Made by a program: the position numbers and the translations under genes. Of a stretch of DNA of 64,000 bases, positions 12,269 to 25,726 are shown piece by piece; positions within the stretch are counted from its first letter, which is position 1; each line of letters begins with the position of its first letter. The stretch spans positions 558,001 through 622,000 of the forward strand of contig JAQGDQ010000010.1 of assembly GCA_030141605.1 (NCBI GenBank), written 5' to 3'. The notes beneath the pieces were generated by a model that saw nothing but the letters and a program-made list of their open reading frames with translations, had not been told where the DNA came from and did not search any database. The DNA comes from Tubiluchus corallicola. Lineage: Eukaryota > Animalia > Priapulida.

Positions 12269-14944
12269 AGGTTTGATAGTCGTTCAGGGCAGGTTCGTTA
12301 TCCATAAGGATTTCGGCTATTTCTGCATAGAGAGAGGTCGTATATGAATCAGAATAGTATTAAGGCACCTCTGCAGTCTAGTGTTGATTATAGAAGATTA
12401 ACCATGTCAATAAGCTAGGTTTCGGTTTTCCCTCAAAAATGCACATTAAGTAAATCCTGCCAATGACTGCAGAATTCTGGGCTTGAGAAAGACATGAATT
12501 TCGATTTCAGGCGTGATACGTTCCAATTATACAGGGATTCCTTATTACAGAAATAACTACTAGGTAAAATTCGTTGCGGAAGCTAAAAATAGATCGTAAT
12601 TGTTAAGCTAACTGTTTGGAAAAAAAGAAAAATATTCAACAGTGGACTAATATATGTGGTACGTATTTGCACGTGTTTGTAAACAGCGCTGGCAAGTAGG
12701 CTTCTGTCATTAATGGTAATGAAAAGCCGGCTTGCACGTATATTATTGTATAGTGTTCACAAGCCGCACAACAAATGTCAGTGGTAAAGGTTTGGGGATT
12801 GAAGTCAATCCTGTTAGGAATGCGTCACGAGACATGTACATTCTTAACTGGTTTATACTTACTTAGGCTTCACTGAGACAGAATGACCATGATACATGTC
12901 ATTTTGCATTTGCGTTCTGACGTACTGATTCAGGGGGCTTCAGTATCTGTCTACAAATCTTTGGAACTCCACATTACGTATGTCGAGAACTTCCCTAGAT
13001 TAAACAAGTTAATTAAGCAGTATGTCGATGCTTCTTTCTGGTGTATTTGTTTTTATGATTTTAAAGCAGTTAGACTGAGAAGGGATCTTTATTTATTTAT
13101 TTATCACGTTATCTGTAAAGGTTAAGTCTCCAAGGTCTGTTAATGCACATAAGAAAAGATGAATTTAGCTTCTTTTAGTATTGTTCTCAGCTCTACATGT
13201 TGTTCCTAGCTGTGAAAAATAAAACATTGAACACACAAAGATTAAAACTATATGACAAATCATCCTTATTGTATTTAATACATTATGACAAATGACGACA
13301 AAATATGTTAACGTCACATTATGAGTTTGTACACAATGTCTAGAATTTATCTGTAAATAAATAACATTTTAGTTCATTTAGTGCAGCATATTACACGTTA
13401 CTTTTTTACATTACTAACTACTGTGCACAGATAGATGTGAAAAACAGATGTATGTACTGATCACATCATAGCTCTTTTTCCAAGGAGAAATTCCCTGCTC
13501 AAACTTATGTAGACCTATCCCGAGAAAACAGTTTAAAAAGAATTGAGAGATCACTTTATGACTAATTACTGAATTAATAGTTTAGGTTTACTATATAAAC
13601 TAATTTTTTACGTGGCTTTAAACATAGCCTATCATATCTCCAACACATCTTACAGTACAAAGTTAAATAATTAATTGTATTCGGAAAGCAAAAATTTACC
13701 TTAGAAACTTGTGACCACTTGAAATAGTCGGGTTTTTTCACCATTCTAGATCACAGTACAAGGGCAGGCGTCGGCTTTGAACTCACAACTTACCTCGAGT
13801 TAGCGTGTATATCGAAAGTTGCATTGATTTTTTTTGTTCGAAGTATAACATTAATTGCATCTGTTCTTTTCTACACTAATTGCTTTTGGCAGTGCTGTTT
13901 CTAGCACGCAAATTTGAGCATTGCTCTATAGTTTGCCACTGCGTAGTGAACAGAACACAATTATATTATTGTTTTTACACTAATTGCACACGTGGCGACT
14001 AACGATTGCTCAATTTAACGTGCATTCATTTGTAACTACATGAAAGGTGTTTGCTGAGACATACGAGATTTATGTCATATATCACGATGTTCAACATCAA
14101 TGAGAGTGACAAGAAAAGCTAATAATTGTAGACAATAAACTTGTAACTAAACGTTAACCGACGGGCGAACCCCGGATTAACCATTAAGCAAATAAGCACG
14201 TGCTTAGGGCCTCTGGGAAGTGGGACCACGTAATCGTTTTTGTAAATCGAATAATCACCCAAAAGTAAAATATACCGGAAATTGTGTTGCGGTTTCTGAA
14301 TTTGTTTACTATATGGGCATCGATATTCTGGCTACTGAGCAGCCTGAGTTGCTCGCTGCCTTGTGACGACATTGTTTGATTATATAATGTCTTAAATCAC
14401 ACCGTCTCTGTATTTTTAATCTAATATCACTTTTATGCAATGTAAAGCTGACGCCTTGGCATTTACTGTAACTAAATAGTTCATTTTACAGTTCAGCATT
14501 GCTTAGGGCCTCTTGAGGTCTTGATCCAGGACCTGGACTTGATGTAATAATTGTAATTAACATAGATCTGTCTTCGTAGGAACAAAGTTGAAACTAGGAC
14601 TTATCGTTTATTTTCGAATACCTGTTTATTTGATACGATATTCCATTACTATGATCAAAATCGAACTGCTTTCAAATACCAGAGTAGTATAGCATGCGTG
14701 GATGAAGCTTTGATGCCAGATGACAACATTTACTAGTATTTCCTTCAAATCGATATCTTGTGGATCTTATAATGGCAAGTGACAAACAGTAATTAAAGTA
14801 ATAATAAATGACTCAATCCATCACTGAGTTACATGAGAATTTTGCAAAATAGATACGTGATAGGAACTTAAAACAGGATTTGAATGTTTTTAACTTGCTT
14901 AGATCACGTTCATTTTAAAAGAAGACATATAAAACAAGTGAAAA

Positions 14945-15398
14945 ATGACAATGGTCATGGAAAATTACGTAACTAGTAATGGTACAGAATTACAATGTTC
15001 AATCGAAGAACCGAATCAATTCCTTCAGACAGTATATTTCTATCGAGATTTGTTAAACGTAAGTGTTGAACTTCCACCGTCTCAACCGGATGTTGCGTAC
15101 ATCAGCACATCATTTCCTCTGAAAAATCACCTACCCACATTCCCGCTGGTGGAGGTCGTTCTCAAATGCGTCCTCTATGTCGCTACCATGGCCATTGCCG
15201 TCGTTGGCAACACGTGCATGATCCTCACCATTGTTATGAACAAGAAGATGCGGAACACCACCAACTTCTACATCTGCAATTTGGCCGTGGCAGACTTGGC
15301 CATTGTGCTCTTCTGCATGTGGGTTCATCTACACGATAGCCTGACTAACAACTGGCTTTTAGGAGGCACTTTCTGTATGCTCAATCCCTTTGTACAAT
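14945..15398 (+). CDS. GPCR coding exon 1 (N-terminus, TM1-TM2, start of TM3)
   Basis: MTMVMENY..GNTCMILTIVMNKKMRNTTNFYICNLAVADL. Donor T|GTAAGT, phase 1. Confidence 0.92.
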
Positions 15399-18300
15399 GT
15401 AAGTAGACCAAGTAGTGTCAAACAGAATAAAAGCCAAATTATTGAAGCTATAGCTAAATTCACAGCAGTAATAATGCTGTGATCTATAATTATGTAATAA
15501 TTATTATATATTTATACTAAATTGTATTAGTGGTTTTCTGGGTTAGAGAATTAGAGTTACTGCATGTATAGAGTGTATTGTGATTAATCCACTGTGCACC
15601 AATCACTATTCCTTTTTGTTTTTATTCAAAGTACAATGATGCAAAAAGAACAGAGATGCGTAACTCCATAAAAAGCTGCCGTTTTAAAACTTTAAAGTGG
15701 CCAAAGTCACGCGTTATGCAGTTCCTGTTAACGAGTTTGTGAAACACGATGAAATTAAACAGAAACTGTGGTGTTCAGCAACTTCTGGCTTCATCATTTA
15801 GAGCGTTACGAGAAATATAAAAAATATCCGTACCTTGGCGGCAAAAAGCGTATACTAGGACGTCAATAGGATAGGTATGCTCCCTCTACGAAAAAACAAT
15901 TGCTCATCCAGTTGCCATGGTGTCAGTGATGCAGATACCCACAGACGGAGGGCGCAATACCTCAACTACATCAAGCTGATTTCCATTATCCTGTGTGAAA
16001 AAACTAAACTGGCTTAGACAATAAGCCAGCTTTTAAATTTCATTAATGCAGAATCGTTTAGAATGTGTAAAACCAGCCATAAGATAACCAGTCAAAGCAT
16101 GTTCTCCGAGTAAGTGGCCAAAAACCCAAACTTTCCAAATCAGCAATTTCTAGTAATTGTGGAGAGTCGTTTAATTACGTTGTGTAATTTAGAGAGAAAG
16201 TTGTCGAAACATTCCAACTAGTTAGTCGTGTAATTGTTTTCTTCAAGTATTGAGTGGATACTGCATAATTAAGACAGTTTGTTGTTACATATATAGGTTC
16301 TTCATCTAGGATTTTCTTCTGTAGCATAACTTAATAATAATAATTACAATATTGATTCCATTACTTCTCAATATGCACCTACTACCATGGCACTATTTAT
16401 TATGCCCATAGAAATAGTCCGCTTCTTTCAATCCACTTGTTCACGCCAGTTGGAGTAACTCCAAGCCAGCCCAATTAATGAAAGTATTGTAAAAGATTGT
16501 AATCTAAGGATTTTAAAGACTGCAAACAGTAATTATTGTATAATTGCTGGGTTTTGTCATATTAATAATTACGTTTAGGACATAGGGTGGGAAGCGAGCA
16601 CACTACCATTGAGATACGTCTACATCTTGCTACTGTCATAGTAGGCTTCATGTGAGGTATTAAACGCTCAGCAGATTAGAGTGAACATGAAGTTATCAAT
16701 TTCTTAAACGCAAGTTTATGTAAGTTTATGTGCTGAGACACGTTTTGGTAACCTTGCGTCTTGCAATGCGCTCTGTATGATAGAAGAAGGGAGAGGAATT
16801 ATTATACTTATAATCATTATAGCGACCTATCTCTTGACCTCTTGTTAATTGGTTTTGTTTCTGTTTCTTGCAGTGATGTCGCTCATCGCTAGTGTGATCA
16901 CGTTGACTACCATTTCCATCGACCGATTTTTTGCCGTCTTCTGGCCGCTCAAAGTCCGCATTACTCAACAGAGGGCCTCGGTGGTCATCGCTCTAACGTG
17001 GATACTGGCTGGCGCAGTATCCCTGCCGCTACCAATTTACCGCAAGTACAGAGAAGTTCACTGGTTGGACTATGTGGAAAGAGTGTGTCAAGACGAGTGG
17101 CCACAGCGTCCCATCTACGATGAAAACTGCACAATTATAACACATTCTTCACCTGGAAAAACTGCCTATCATACATTCATATCTCTGGCGATGTTTTTCT
17201 TGCCTGTTGTAGTGATTTGCATGGCTTATAGTTTAATTGTTTGGAAGTTGTGGGTGAACATTGTTCCTGGTGAACAACACAATGCTGTCCTAGAACTGCA
17301 GGCTAAAGCAAAACGAAAGGTATGTCTTGCTTTTCATTCAGTTTTTAGAATTTGATTTTGTGAGTGTGTGCGTGTGCGCGCACGTTCGCGTGTGTGAGGG
17401 TGTGTGCGTGCGCGCGCGCGCGCGCGTGTGTGTGTGCTGATGTAAAATATGCAAAACCAATGAAGTTTAACATGCTCTATTATACGCAAAATGCAAATTG
17501 CTGAGTTTCTTTAGCAAGGAGGGGTCAATTTAGGGTAAATGGTTAAATCTGGCATAACCTCACTCAACACCCCCAGCCCCGAGTACACCAAAGCAGTACT
17601 GCATAGTCGCCAACGCATATATTACGTAACAATGTTGTCTATTTCCTCATGATCAGGATACATGATATACAATATGCGCATATCACTTAATACAATGTCT
17701 AGACACCCACGCACTTACCACACAAACAATGCTATTCAGGCAAAACTTCACACAGGTAAAACCACAACGTCACATAAACAATGCTAGGGTGTCCAGCCTC
17801 CAGTGCATCATTTCACGAACAATGCTACTCACATGAAAAAGGAAATTGTCTAGCACCCAGAACCTACAATATTGCCTAGTTAGTAGTTACTGCTTACACA
17901 AATTAAAAAAGAGTATCTCTTGCTCGTGTGTTTGCGTTTGTGTGTGTGTGTGTGCGTGCGCGTGCGCGTGCGCGTGCGTGTACGTGTACGTGTACGTGTG
18001 CGGCGTGTGCATTGATTGTGCGTCTGTGTGTGTTACAGAAATTAGTCAATTACCTGGTGAACAGACGAATTAAATTGTTCCTGTCAGCACAATATACATT
18101 TTTTGCCTTGTGAGAAACGCACGCAATCAGGTGATACTAAGAATTCTCCAATAACCTGGTGGATGTACAAACAACTCAGTTTTCTGTTCTAGGTTACCTT
18201 ATTTTTACTGTTTACCTAAGTGAACCTAATGGGTATTAATTGATATTCATTCTGCCGATTACTGTTTTAATAGCACATATAGTGTCTAGAAAAAACGCTT

Positions 18301-21300
18301 ATCACATCGAAACCAAATACAGTATGTTAAAGCAGTTTTCAAAATAAGTGTAATTACATTTGTTTACGTTATACGAAAATCATACGTTGCTCTGCGAAAG
18401 GAGTTGTCAAAATAATAGCTGTCATTTTTCTGCTGCTATCAAAAAACAGTAATTAAGTTCATATCAAGGATGGGTATATACACGAAATACTTCATTGTAA
18501 ATGTTTGATTATCAACCTCGCGTTGTGAAAAAATCCTTCAAGTTACAGAGCGTTAAAAACTATTAGAGGCTGACAGAAATACAACAAAGTCGTATACTTG
18601 TGTAGCAATTGGCTTTTTCAATCTGGTCGTCAACCCACACTAGTCACACGTTATCTAGAACCGTCGGTTCTTCAAGAATAATAAAACACATCTACTTATA
18701 GTTTTTTTTTTAATAACTGTATATGGTAATCGCGATAATACGTCGACGGCGATAAGGACGATGACTGTAGCGATGTGATAACAACCGTGATGATGACATT
18801 AGCTATGATGATGTGGCGATGCTGCTGGTAACTTTCAATTATGTCGCCATGTCAACACAGACGTTTCTTGTTTTAATGAAATACTAAACGCCAAGGCTTC
18901 AAACCGCCAAGTTAGGAAATTTTAGCAGGATAACCATATGTTAGTATTTGCAGAACCTTCCTAGCTCTGATAACGTGAGCGACCGCCTGTATTCTAAAGC
19001 AATAAAAAACTACCTAACACTCTTGGTTAGTTAAGACGTCTGAACATCGATTTATATTTTGAACATGACGTCACATGATACTCACCCCGCTGTTCCTTTT
19101 TGCGCTAGATTGGCAAAATGTTGCAAATGAAGACGTCAGTATCTTGGCTGACCCAATTTCTCCCCTCTTTGCTTATTTTTGCATGGCCGAAAAGACATTT
19201 ACTTGAAACCATACTTCTCGGTAAACATCGACAAACGCGAAAAGCGGCAAAATTGGAGGAATGCAAGACAACAAAAATTAATCGTTTTTACTGTGATCCC
19301 AGAGATAAGGAATTTATGGTAAATAAATTATCAAATAAAATGATAAATAATCGAATCATTAGAAAATAAAATAAAATAAAGTAATAAAAATTAAATGCGA
19401 GCGAAATTGGACCGACTTCTGAAAGTTACTCATTAATCACACAGATTGTGGACAAGGTGGTATAAGCTACATACAAACTGTCTTGATTTTTATATGGTTC
19501 ATGAGTGATGGCTCATGAACTCGAGAGGTTGCTCAAATTGAGGTCTAGTAAAGATTTCCATTTGTTAACGAAGCCAAATTTGAATGAAATTATGAATTAT
19601 TTAGTTGGGACATAGTCTAGATTTAAGACAGCGACTTTCTACGGTTAAGTCGTCTGTCTTGATATGTAGAAGGCCCCTGGTTCAAATCCAGGCTGAGTTC
19701 CAACTCGCGTCTTTCCATTTCTCGTTTGGTTTCAAAGTTCAAAATTCAGTTAACTATTCCTGCTGTTGGTTTGTGCCATCCTTGAATGAAATTATATCTT
19801 TGTACAACCAGTCGACAGAGCTTAGATCGCATTTGAAAAAAGTTATTTTTTAATATTATTTTATTATCTCTAACTTAAAATAACTTGGCTAATTGTCGTA
19901 CACTGGCTAATGTCGGACAAAGCTTCAGGCTTTATTTAAAAGTAACAGAGTAGCATATAAACTGTTTTTCCTCTCCTTTATTAATAAAATGAAGAAAAAA
20001 CCAGGCTATAGAACTTCGTTATCTTTAGTAAAAGCCTAAAGCTCATTCTCCTATGTAGGCCAGTATACTACAATAGCCTATCCATGAGATGATGGAAAGC
20101 AAACCTAAAACCATAATATCAACCTGCTGAAATTCTATGTTCATGGTTGTCATGGATGTAGACAAAGATCCATTTGAGAAGCCCCTTTTGTCTTATCGAG
20201 ACCTTTGGTCATCTCTGTAATAATGGCACAATGTTTGCGTAACAGATTATGTCCTCTTTCTGGCATGGCGAAATATAGGCCTATATTGACCAAGAAGTAA
20301 TCTGAGCGGTGATTTATCAGCTTGCCCAGAAGCTGCCTGATTGTAATTTGCCCACTACCTGCTGTCATCAGCTACTGGCGTATAACGATTGCTTGATGGT
20401 GTCGCCTTAAGGTGCAGCAACGGCAATGGCTGTCAAACGAAGATCTATATTATGTGACTAATGACAACAAGAACGATAAGTCATTTGAGATAACCTCCCT
20501 TCAGTTCCATCTCTCTCGCCCTCTATCTCTCCCTCACTCTCTGTCTGTCTGTCGTTGACGTTTCAATTTCTCTCTGTCTCTGCATTATACAGTGTTTTTT
20601 AATGATAAACCCATCTTTCAGCTAGCTGTTAACAGAGAACTCAGACCGATGTGCTGATCACCATATCTATGGACATGATACTACCAAAAACCCAAATTCA
20701 CAACCAGGATCGGATTATGACCTTTTGGGGCCACCTAACCTAATGAAATTATGGAGACCGAGTCACCCTTTAACTCACCCCCCACCTTCAATATTTTTAC
20801 TTGTTGTATATTTCAGCGACATTTACACAGCTTCCAGTAAACTTATTGCAAAATCTTTAAATAAGCTAGAATAGCTGTCTTTAGTCTGTCAATAAAAATA
20901 TCCTTGAAGAAGAAATTTCACTACTTTACTGTTTATTACAAACCAAATTAGCACATATTTCAACGCAGAAAAAGCAGATTTTTTACCAAAATGTTACAAA
21001 AGGGACTCCAATCTTATGGGACCCTAGGCTGCAGTTTATACTCGCCTATTGGATGATCCGGCCCATCGCTACAGAAACGATACAAGATTTGCGACTCAAG
21101 TTTTTTCTACATATTTATTACGTGGGATCGCAAATAATATAGTTTTATTAATCATAAAGAGACCATAGGACCACAGGAGACCATAGGAACACGTCATAGG
21201 TTTCAGACAGCAAATAAGCTAATTTATAAATAGCACAAACAAGAAATGCCGAATTCGAAGAATTGGCAAATTGATTCCCTCCGACTGTTCCTTAAACAAA

Positions 21301-24300
21301 CTTTTAATACGGTTTACAATCATAACTCGCTGTTTCACGAGCTCTTCATTTAATTTACGCCTCTGAAATCTATCGAATGCAGCACAGAAGTCGATCAAAA
21401 CGAATATAAATCAAAAGTCCTAATCAATATTATCGTTTGTCGTCACTCATTATTTTTTCGCCATTATAATTGTACTAATTGTTAGTCGATTATAATTATC
21501 GAAATATTAGAATACATTTGCTGTATAATACATCCCAACATTAACCAACACCTTTGAATTCTGACAATATGGTACGTACTGTTTGCAATCAGCTATTTTT
21601 GTAACTTTTTCAGGTGACAAAATTGGTTTTGGTTGTGATCGTTGCATTTATCATATGCTGGTTACCTCTGCAGGTGCTCCTGCTCTATGATTTGCTACGC
21701 AAAAGAAAAGGCGTGGTAAGTGTTACTAGATCTGAGAATATGTTAGACATTAACTAAAATAGAAGGAAGAATAAAATGCACAAAAAACTACATCATTGTG
21801 AAATCGACATCAACATAAAGGGTAGGTAAGCGACTGGGAATATGATAACGCCATTATAATGCAAGGTAGATAAGTCCTCTAAAACTTGATATCGCTATAT
21901 GTGGATAGTCCGACATGATTCGCACGTGGCTGCAAACAAACTATCGTTGTCACTGATGAGTCACTGCGGTTGTCCTCACGGGTAGTAGATACTGTTGCTA
22001 TTACCATTGTCGTTGTTGTTAATGTAGTCGTTTTGTTACTGTTACTGTTGCTGTTCGATTGTTGTTGTCGTTGTCTTCGTTATTATCGTTGTCAATGTTG
22101 TTACCAGTGTTATTGTTGTTATTGTCGTAGTCATCGTCACCAGTACTTTAGTCATTGTCATCACCGTCACTGCATCCGCTTCATGGAGATAAAGTTGTAG
22201 TGAAATGTAAATGTGTAATGGGAGGCCAGAAAAAACAATATAATGAGTTTTCCTTATTTTTAGCTACCTGAATGGACGAAAGCTTACTGGTTTTTCGCAC
22301 ATTTTATGGCTTACGCCGACAGCGCCCTCAATCCAATAATCTACGGAAGCTTTAATGACAACTTCCGGAAAGGTTTTCTACAAATTTTCAGATGTGTATG
22401 TCGACGTGGGCACACCACGGGTAAGATTTTTCAATGCTAAACTAAAGGAAGTTGTTATACTTTAAATTCATGCGTCAGCTCAATAATCGGTACTTACATC
22501 AATTCTCTAGCTTAGAAAATTCCACGCAGTTACATACTTCTTCCCTGACGGAAGCGCTAAAACCATCTAGTAACCTTCTTCGTAACAGTTACGTATTAAC
22601 AGTTCACTACTTGGCTCCAGAACTTGTTGTGCTTGTTGCCATAAATTAAGCCTAGTCATGTGTTTCATAGATGGATAAGGTTAAAGGAAAATAAGCCATT
22701 TTTAAAGCCAGACGTTTAGTCTGAAATATACATTTTATTTCCTATTTCCTATAATACTTACCAAAATGTTTCTTGTCATTAAATGTTAATTTAGAAACTT
22801 AATTAATGACCAGCGAGTGCAGTTAGCGATAACGTCAAAACCGGGATGGTGGAATTTGCCAAAAATATGTCGCTAGCTTTTGTGAAACCGAAACTGTAGA
22901 TACCGCATTGATATGACCTTGACAGCAAACCATAAAACTCGGTAAATTTTAAGCACAACCGAAATTTGGAATTTAAAATTTGTCGCTGAACCAATTATTA
23001 AACAAATGGGATCAGATACAGTATCAATTACAGAAAACATTAGTCTTCTGTGGTAATAAGTCCTTAACGTAAATCATTTAGAAAACCTTACATTCTTTTT
23101 CAATATTTTGTACCCTATATAATTTAGAATTGAGTCCTGCTTTCCTTTAAAGATTGGTCGTAAATCTTTAAATAAATAGTAAATCGAATAGTAAATCGTC
23201 CGAAAAGGACTTACTTTTGGAAGGGACAAATCCGAACTGATTAATGGTTAACACCGTTTTATAATAAATTATAAACGCAATTATCACGGGCTAATTAACT
23301 AAATTATTGTAAAAGCTAAAAAGTTCTTTCTTTAAATGATTAACGGACTGTGTTGCAAGAATAACTGGTTGTGCCCTTTGCCTAATAACTTGCAAAACGT
23401 GTGCTATAATGTTCCCAAAAAGGTTCCGATCATTTATTTTTATGCATCTCTTTTTTAGATAAAACAGACAGCGTTTGTTTAAGACATTGATCAAATTAAG
23501 AAGTTAGCGGTTTAGTACAGAAATTAAAATATTATTAAACCATATTAACAATATTCACGACATTTACTGCAATAATCAAACTAGAAACAGTTCAAAATAG
23601 TTCATACATTACGTAAGATCTTAACCCATCTACTAGGAAGCTTATGCCTGATTTCGCATCTTATTTATACAATAATTAATGCATTGTAAGAACTAAGTAG
23701 CTATAGTGGATTTCAGTTAAAAACCGTTACTAAACCGTTTTCAGATAAACATGGCAAAATTTTAGGCATTTCTTTTTGTTTGGGAGTTAGGTCTTTCGAT
23801 AGGAAATCCTTCAGTAGGTGAGCTACAAGAACTGTTGCAATATTTCAGCGATTCATTCATTTAATATGAATATAGCTATATAAACGGCACGTAAATGCAA
23901 TAACATAATACTATAATGACATCAATGGTTATTTAAAACGTCTGTCACGTTAGGTTTTATTAAGCATGACCGTGACTGATTATTGCAGATGTTTGCATGT
24001 CTGTGATTTCATTACAATAGCTAGATCAAATCTATTTTACTAGCATGGCTTTTGGGCACTTTGTTTGCTTGAATCTGCATGGGCTGCATTTAAATGTTCG
24101 AGTTCACCTGGTTGTTTAGAACTAATGCAGAACTAATAACTAATAAGTATTAGCAAATATGCTGGTCAACCATATCACGCCATATAAACTGTTATGAATC
24201 TGAAAGAATTGGTTGTGAGCATAAGTGTTAGACGTCTTTGCTGCTGGAAAACTCAAAAGCTGTTGCTTTTATGATAGGCAAAAATAAAACCTTTGAGTCA

Positions 24301-25726
24301 ATGCGTGCACTGAGGAGACTAGTTGTAGTGGAACGCAAAACTTGTGCTCAGCATTTTTATTCTAGTTACTCTCTTTTCAGCGTTCTTCTATTAAAAAACT
24401 TAAACCAGCAAACGCAAACGTTAACAAAGATAGTCTGTTATTTTCTTAAACCTGCTACTTAGTCGTTGTTGTGCACTACCTTTGTCTGCGATGTTACAAA
24501 AACTTTGAGTCATCAAATTCGTTCTTGTTCTTGTTGAGAATGAAAATTAAGGTTCTTGTTGTCTGATGATTATTCATGTACATTTCCCCAATTTACTGTG
24601 AAACGGAATCGCTTCGAGCTTATATCTTTTAGTTCTTTCCTTTTATTATATTGTTCCTACTGAGTCTGTATTCTACAGCTTACTTTTTTCTAATTACGTT
24701 ACAGTATCTACTACTTCTACTTTTAGTGGTCCATTTTCATTCCTATGTCGTACATTTCTACCTTTCTGTTACTCTTGTGATATTGCAAAGAGTTTGTGAT
24801 TGCTGTTAAATACTCGCCTGAATGTCAGTAGGCCTTGTGAGTGTTTGCAAATTCATTTATAAAACATCACGTCATTTACAAATACAAGTGGATGGGGCGA
24901 CAAAATATTTGTCGCGAATTACTTACATGAGCTGTTCATCATGCACATTTTAAATAAGCGATACGCACGTCTAAAAGGGCGTCAAACTAGCAAGGTTTGT
25001 CGCAAAGTAAGCTCGTCAAGTAACACACAAGCGTATTCAGACTAGAGAGCAAAACTTTCAGCGAGTTACTCTGCGATAGTAAGCGCAAACTGAATTCTCT
25101 ATTCACTACAAAAAGTGTCGAGAGTCGTCTGTTTAATATGTGCAAAATGTTGTTATAATAAATACTTATTTAAACCAAATGTAGAGAATTAATCACCGAA
25201 GCGTTCACACTAGACAGTAGCTCGCAGGAAACCAGCTTGCAAGCAACTGGCGGAGAATTTGTAATAACTTGCGGACAGTGACGCGCAAAGCAGTTCACAC
25301 TTGGGAGTTCACTGTCAGAGAGAAAACTTGCGACAGAAACTCGCTAGTCTGAACGCGCCATAACAGAACGCCTGACACTGGATATACTAGTAACACGGAT
25401 CAGTACTTATATAGTCGTGTAGTCTGTTAAAATTCTCGTTCTAAAGAACTCCATCTTTATGAATTATAGCAATTCCAGGTCTAACTTCTAATAAACAGTT
25501 CGTTTACGACTTATAAATCAACATCATTCCTAAAGCAATTTCGCTGAGGCTAAATGAAGATGAAGTTTTTACTATGTAATTAGTGTCATTGTAATTAGGT
25601 GACCTCATCGCCCTGAGGACCCGTGAGGATTCGTCCTTTGTAAACTCTGCGGGAAAAAGAATTGTAAATGGAAGGAAAAACACTCAGCCATCAATACTCC
25701 TGTCAACGTCGATTCCTGACGGATAG
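14945..25726 (+). CDS. Class A (rhodopsin-like) neuropeptide GPCR, RFamide/SIFamide/QRFP-like receptor group; join(14945-15398,16874-17319,21614-21715,22264-22420,25599-25726 tentative)
   Basis: TM1 GN, TM2 NLAVADL, TM3 C..SIDRF, TM4 W, ECL2 CQDEWP, TM5 FFLP..Y, TM6 CWLP, TM7 NPIIY, helix 8 NFRKGF. All junctions are GT-AG and in phase. Confidence 0.92.
16874..17319 (+). CDS. GPCR coding exon 2 (TM3-TM5)
   Basis: Acceptor ttcttgcag. SIDRFFAV..CQDEWP..FFLPVVVICMAY..KRK. Donor GTATGT. Confidence 0.93.
17362..17436. repeat. (GT)n/(GC)n alternating purine-pyrimidine tract
   Basis: Read directly. Confidence 0.9.
17926..18031. repeat. (TG)n-(TGCGCG)n-(TGTACG)n alternating purine-pyrimidine tract
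   Basis: Read directly. Confidence 0.9.
19627..19725 (+). mobile_element. tRNA-derived SINE head
   Basis: Perfect T-arm cctggTTCAAATccagg. Acceptor and D stems are degenerate. The tail is similar to the 7162 copy. Confidence 0.5.
20705..21066. mobile_element. Decayed MITE with CAGGGCCGGATTA-type terminal inverted repeats
   Basis: Left end caggatcggattat, right end atgatccggccca, with internal ggggcc/gggaccc motifs. Confidence 0.45.
21614..21715 (+). CDS. GPCR coding exon 3 (TM6)
   Basis: VTKLVLVVIVAFIICWLPLQVLLLYDLLRKRKGV. Acceptor tttttcag, donor GTAAGT. Confidence 0.93.
21990..22172. repeat. Degenerate (GTT/GTC/ATC)n tract
   Basis: Read directly. Confidence 0.8.
22264..22420 (+). CDS. 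GPCR coding exon 4 (TM7, helix 8)
   Basis: LPEWTKAYWFFAHFMAYADSALNPIIYGSFNDNFRKGFLQIFRCVC. Donor G|GTAAGA, phase 1. Confidence 0.93.
22685..23146. mobile_element. Kolobok-type non-autonomous DNA transposon
   Basis: TTAA|AGGAAA...TTTCCT|TTAA: TTAA target duplication and AGG..CCT termini characteristic of Kolobok. Confidence 0.5.
25031..25358. mobile_element. PIF/Harbinger-like MITE
   Basis: gcgtattcagactagagag versus the reverse complement of ctcgctagtctgaacgcgc (16/19). Internal TIR-like copy gcgttcacactag at 25201. Confidence 0.55.
25599..25726 (+). CDS. Candidate GPCR terminal exon A
   Basis: Acceptor gtaattag. Phase-1 open frame GDLIALRTREDSSFVNSAGKRIVNGRKNTQPSILLSTSIPDG*. Confidence 0.5.

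Noticed and set aside
17628-17827. CRISPR-like repeat-spacer pattern
   Set aside because: 10-nt repeat, irregular spacing, eukaryotic intron, no cas genes.
7162-19725. tRNA-like sequences (7162, 8612, 13760, 16580, 19627; also 31720, 39445) as tRNA genes
   Set aside because: None forms a complete cloverleaf with intact A and B boxes; treated as SINE relics.
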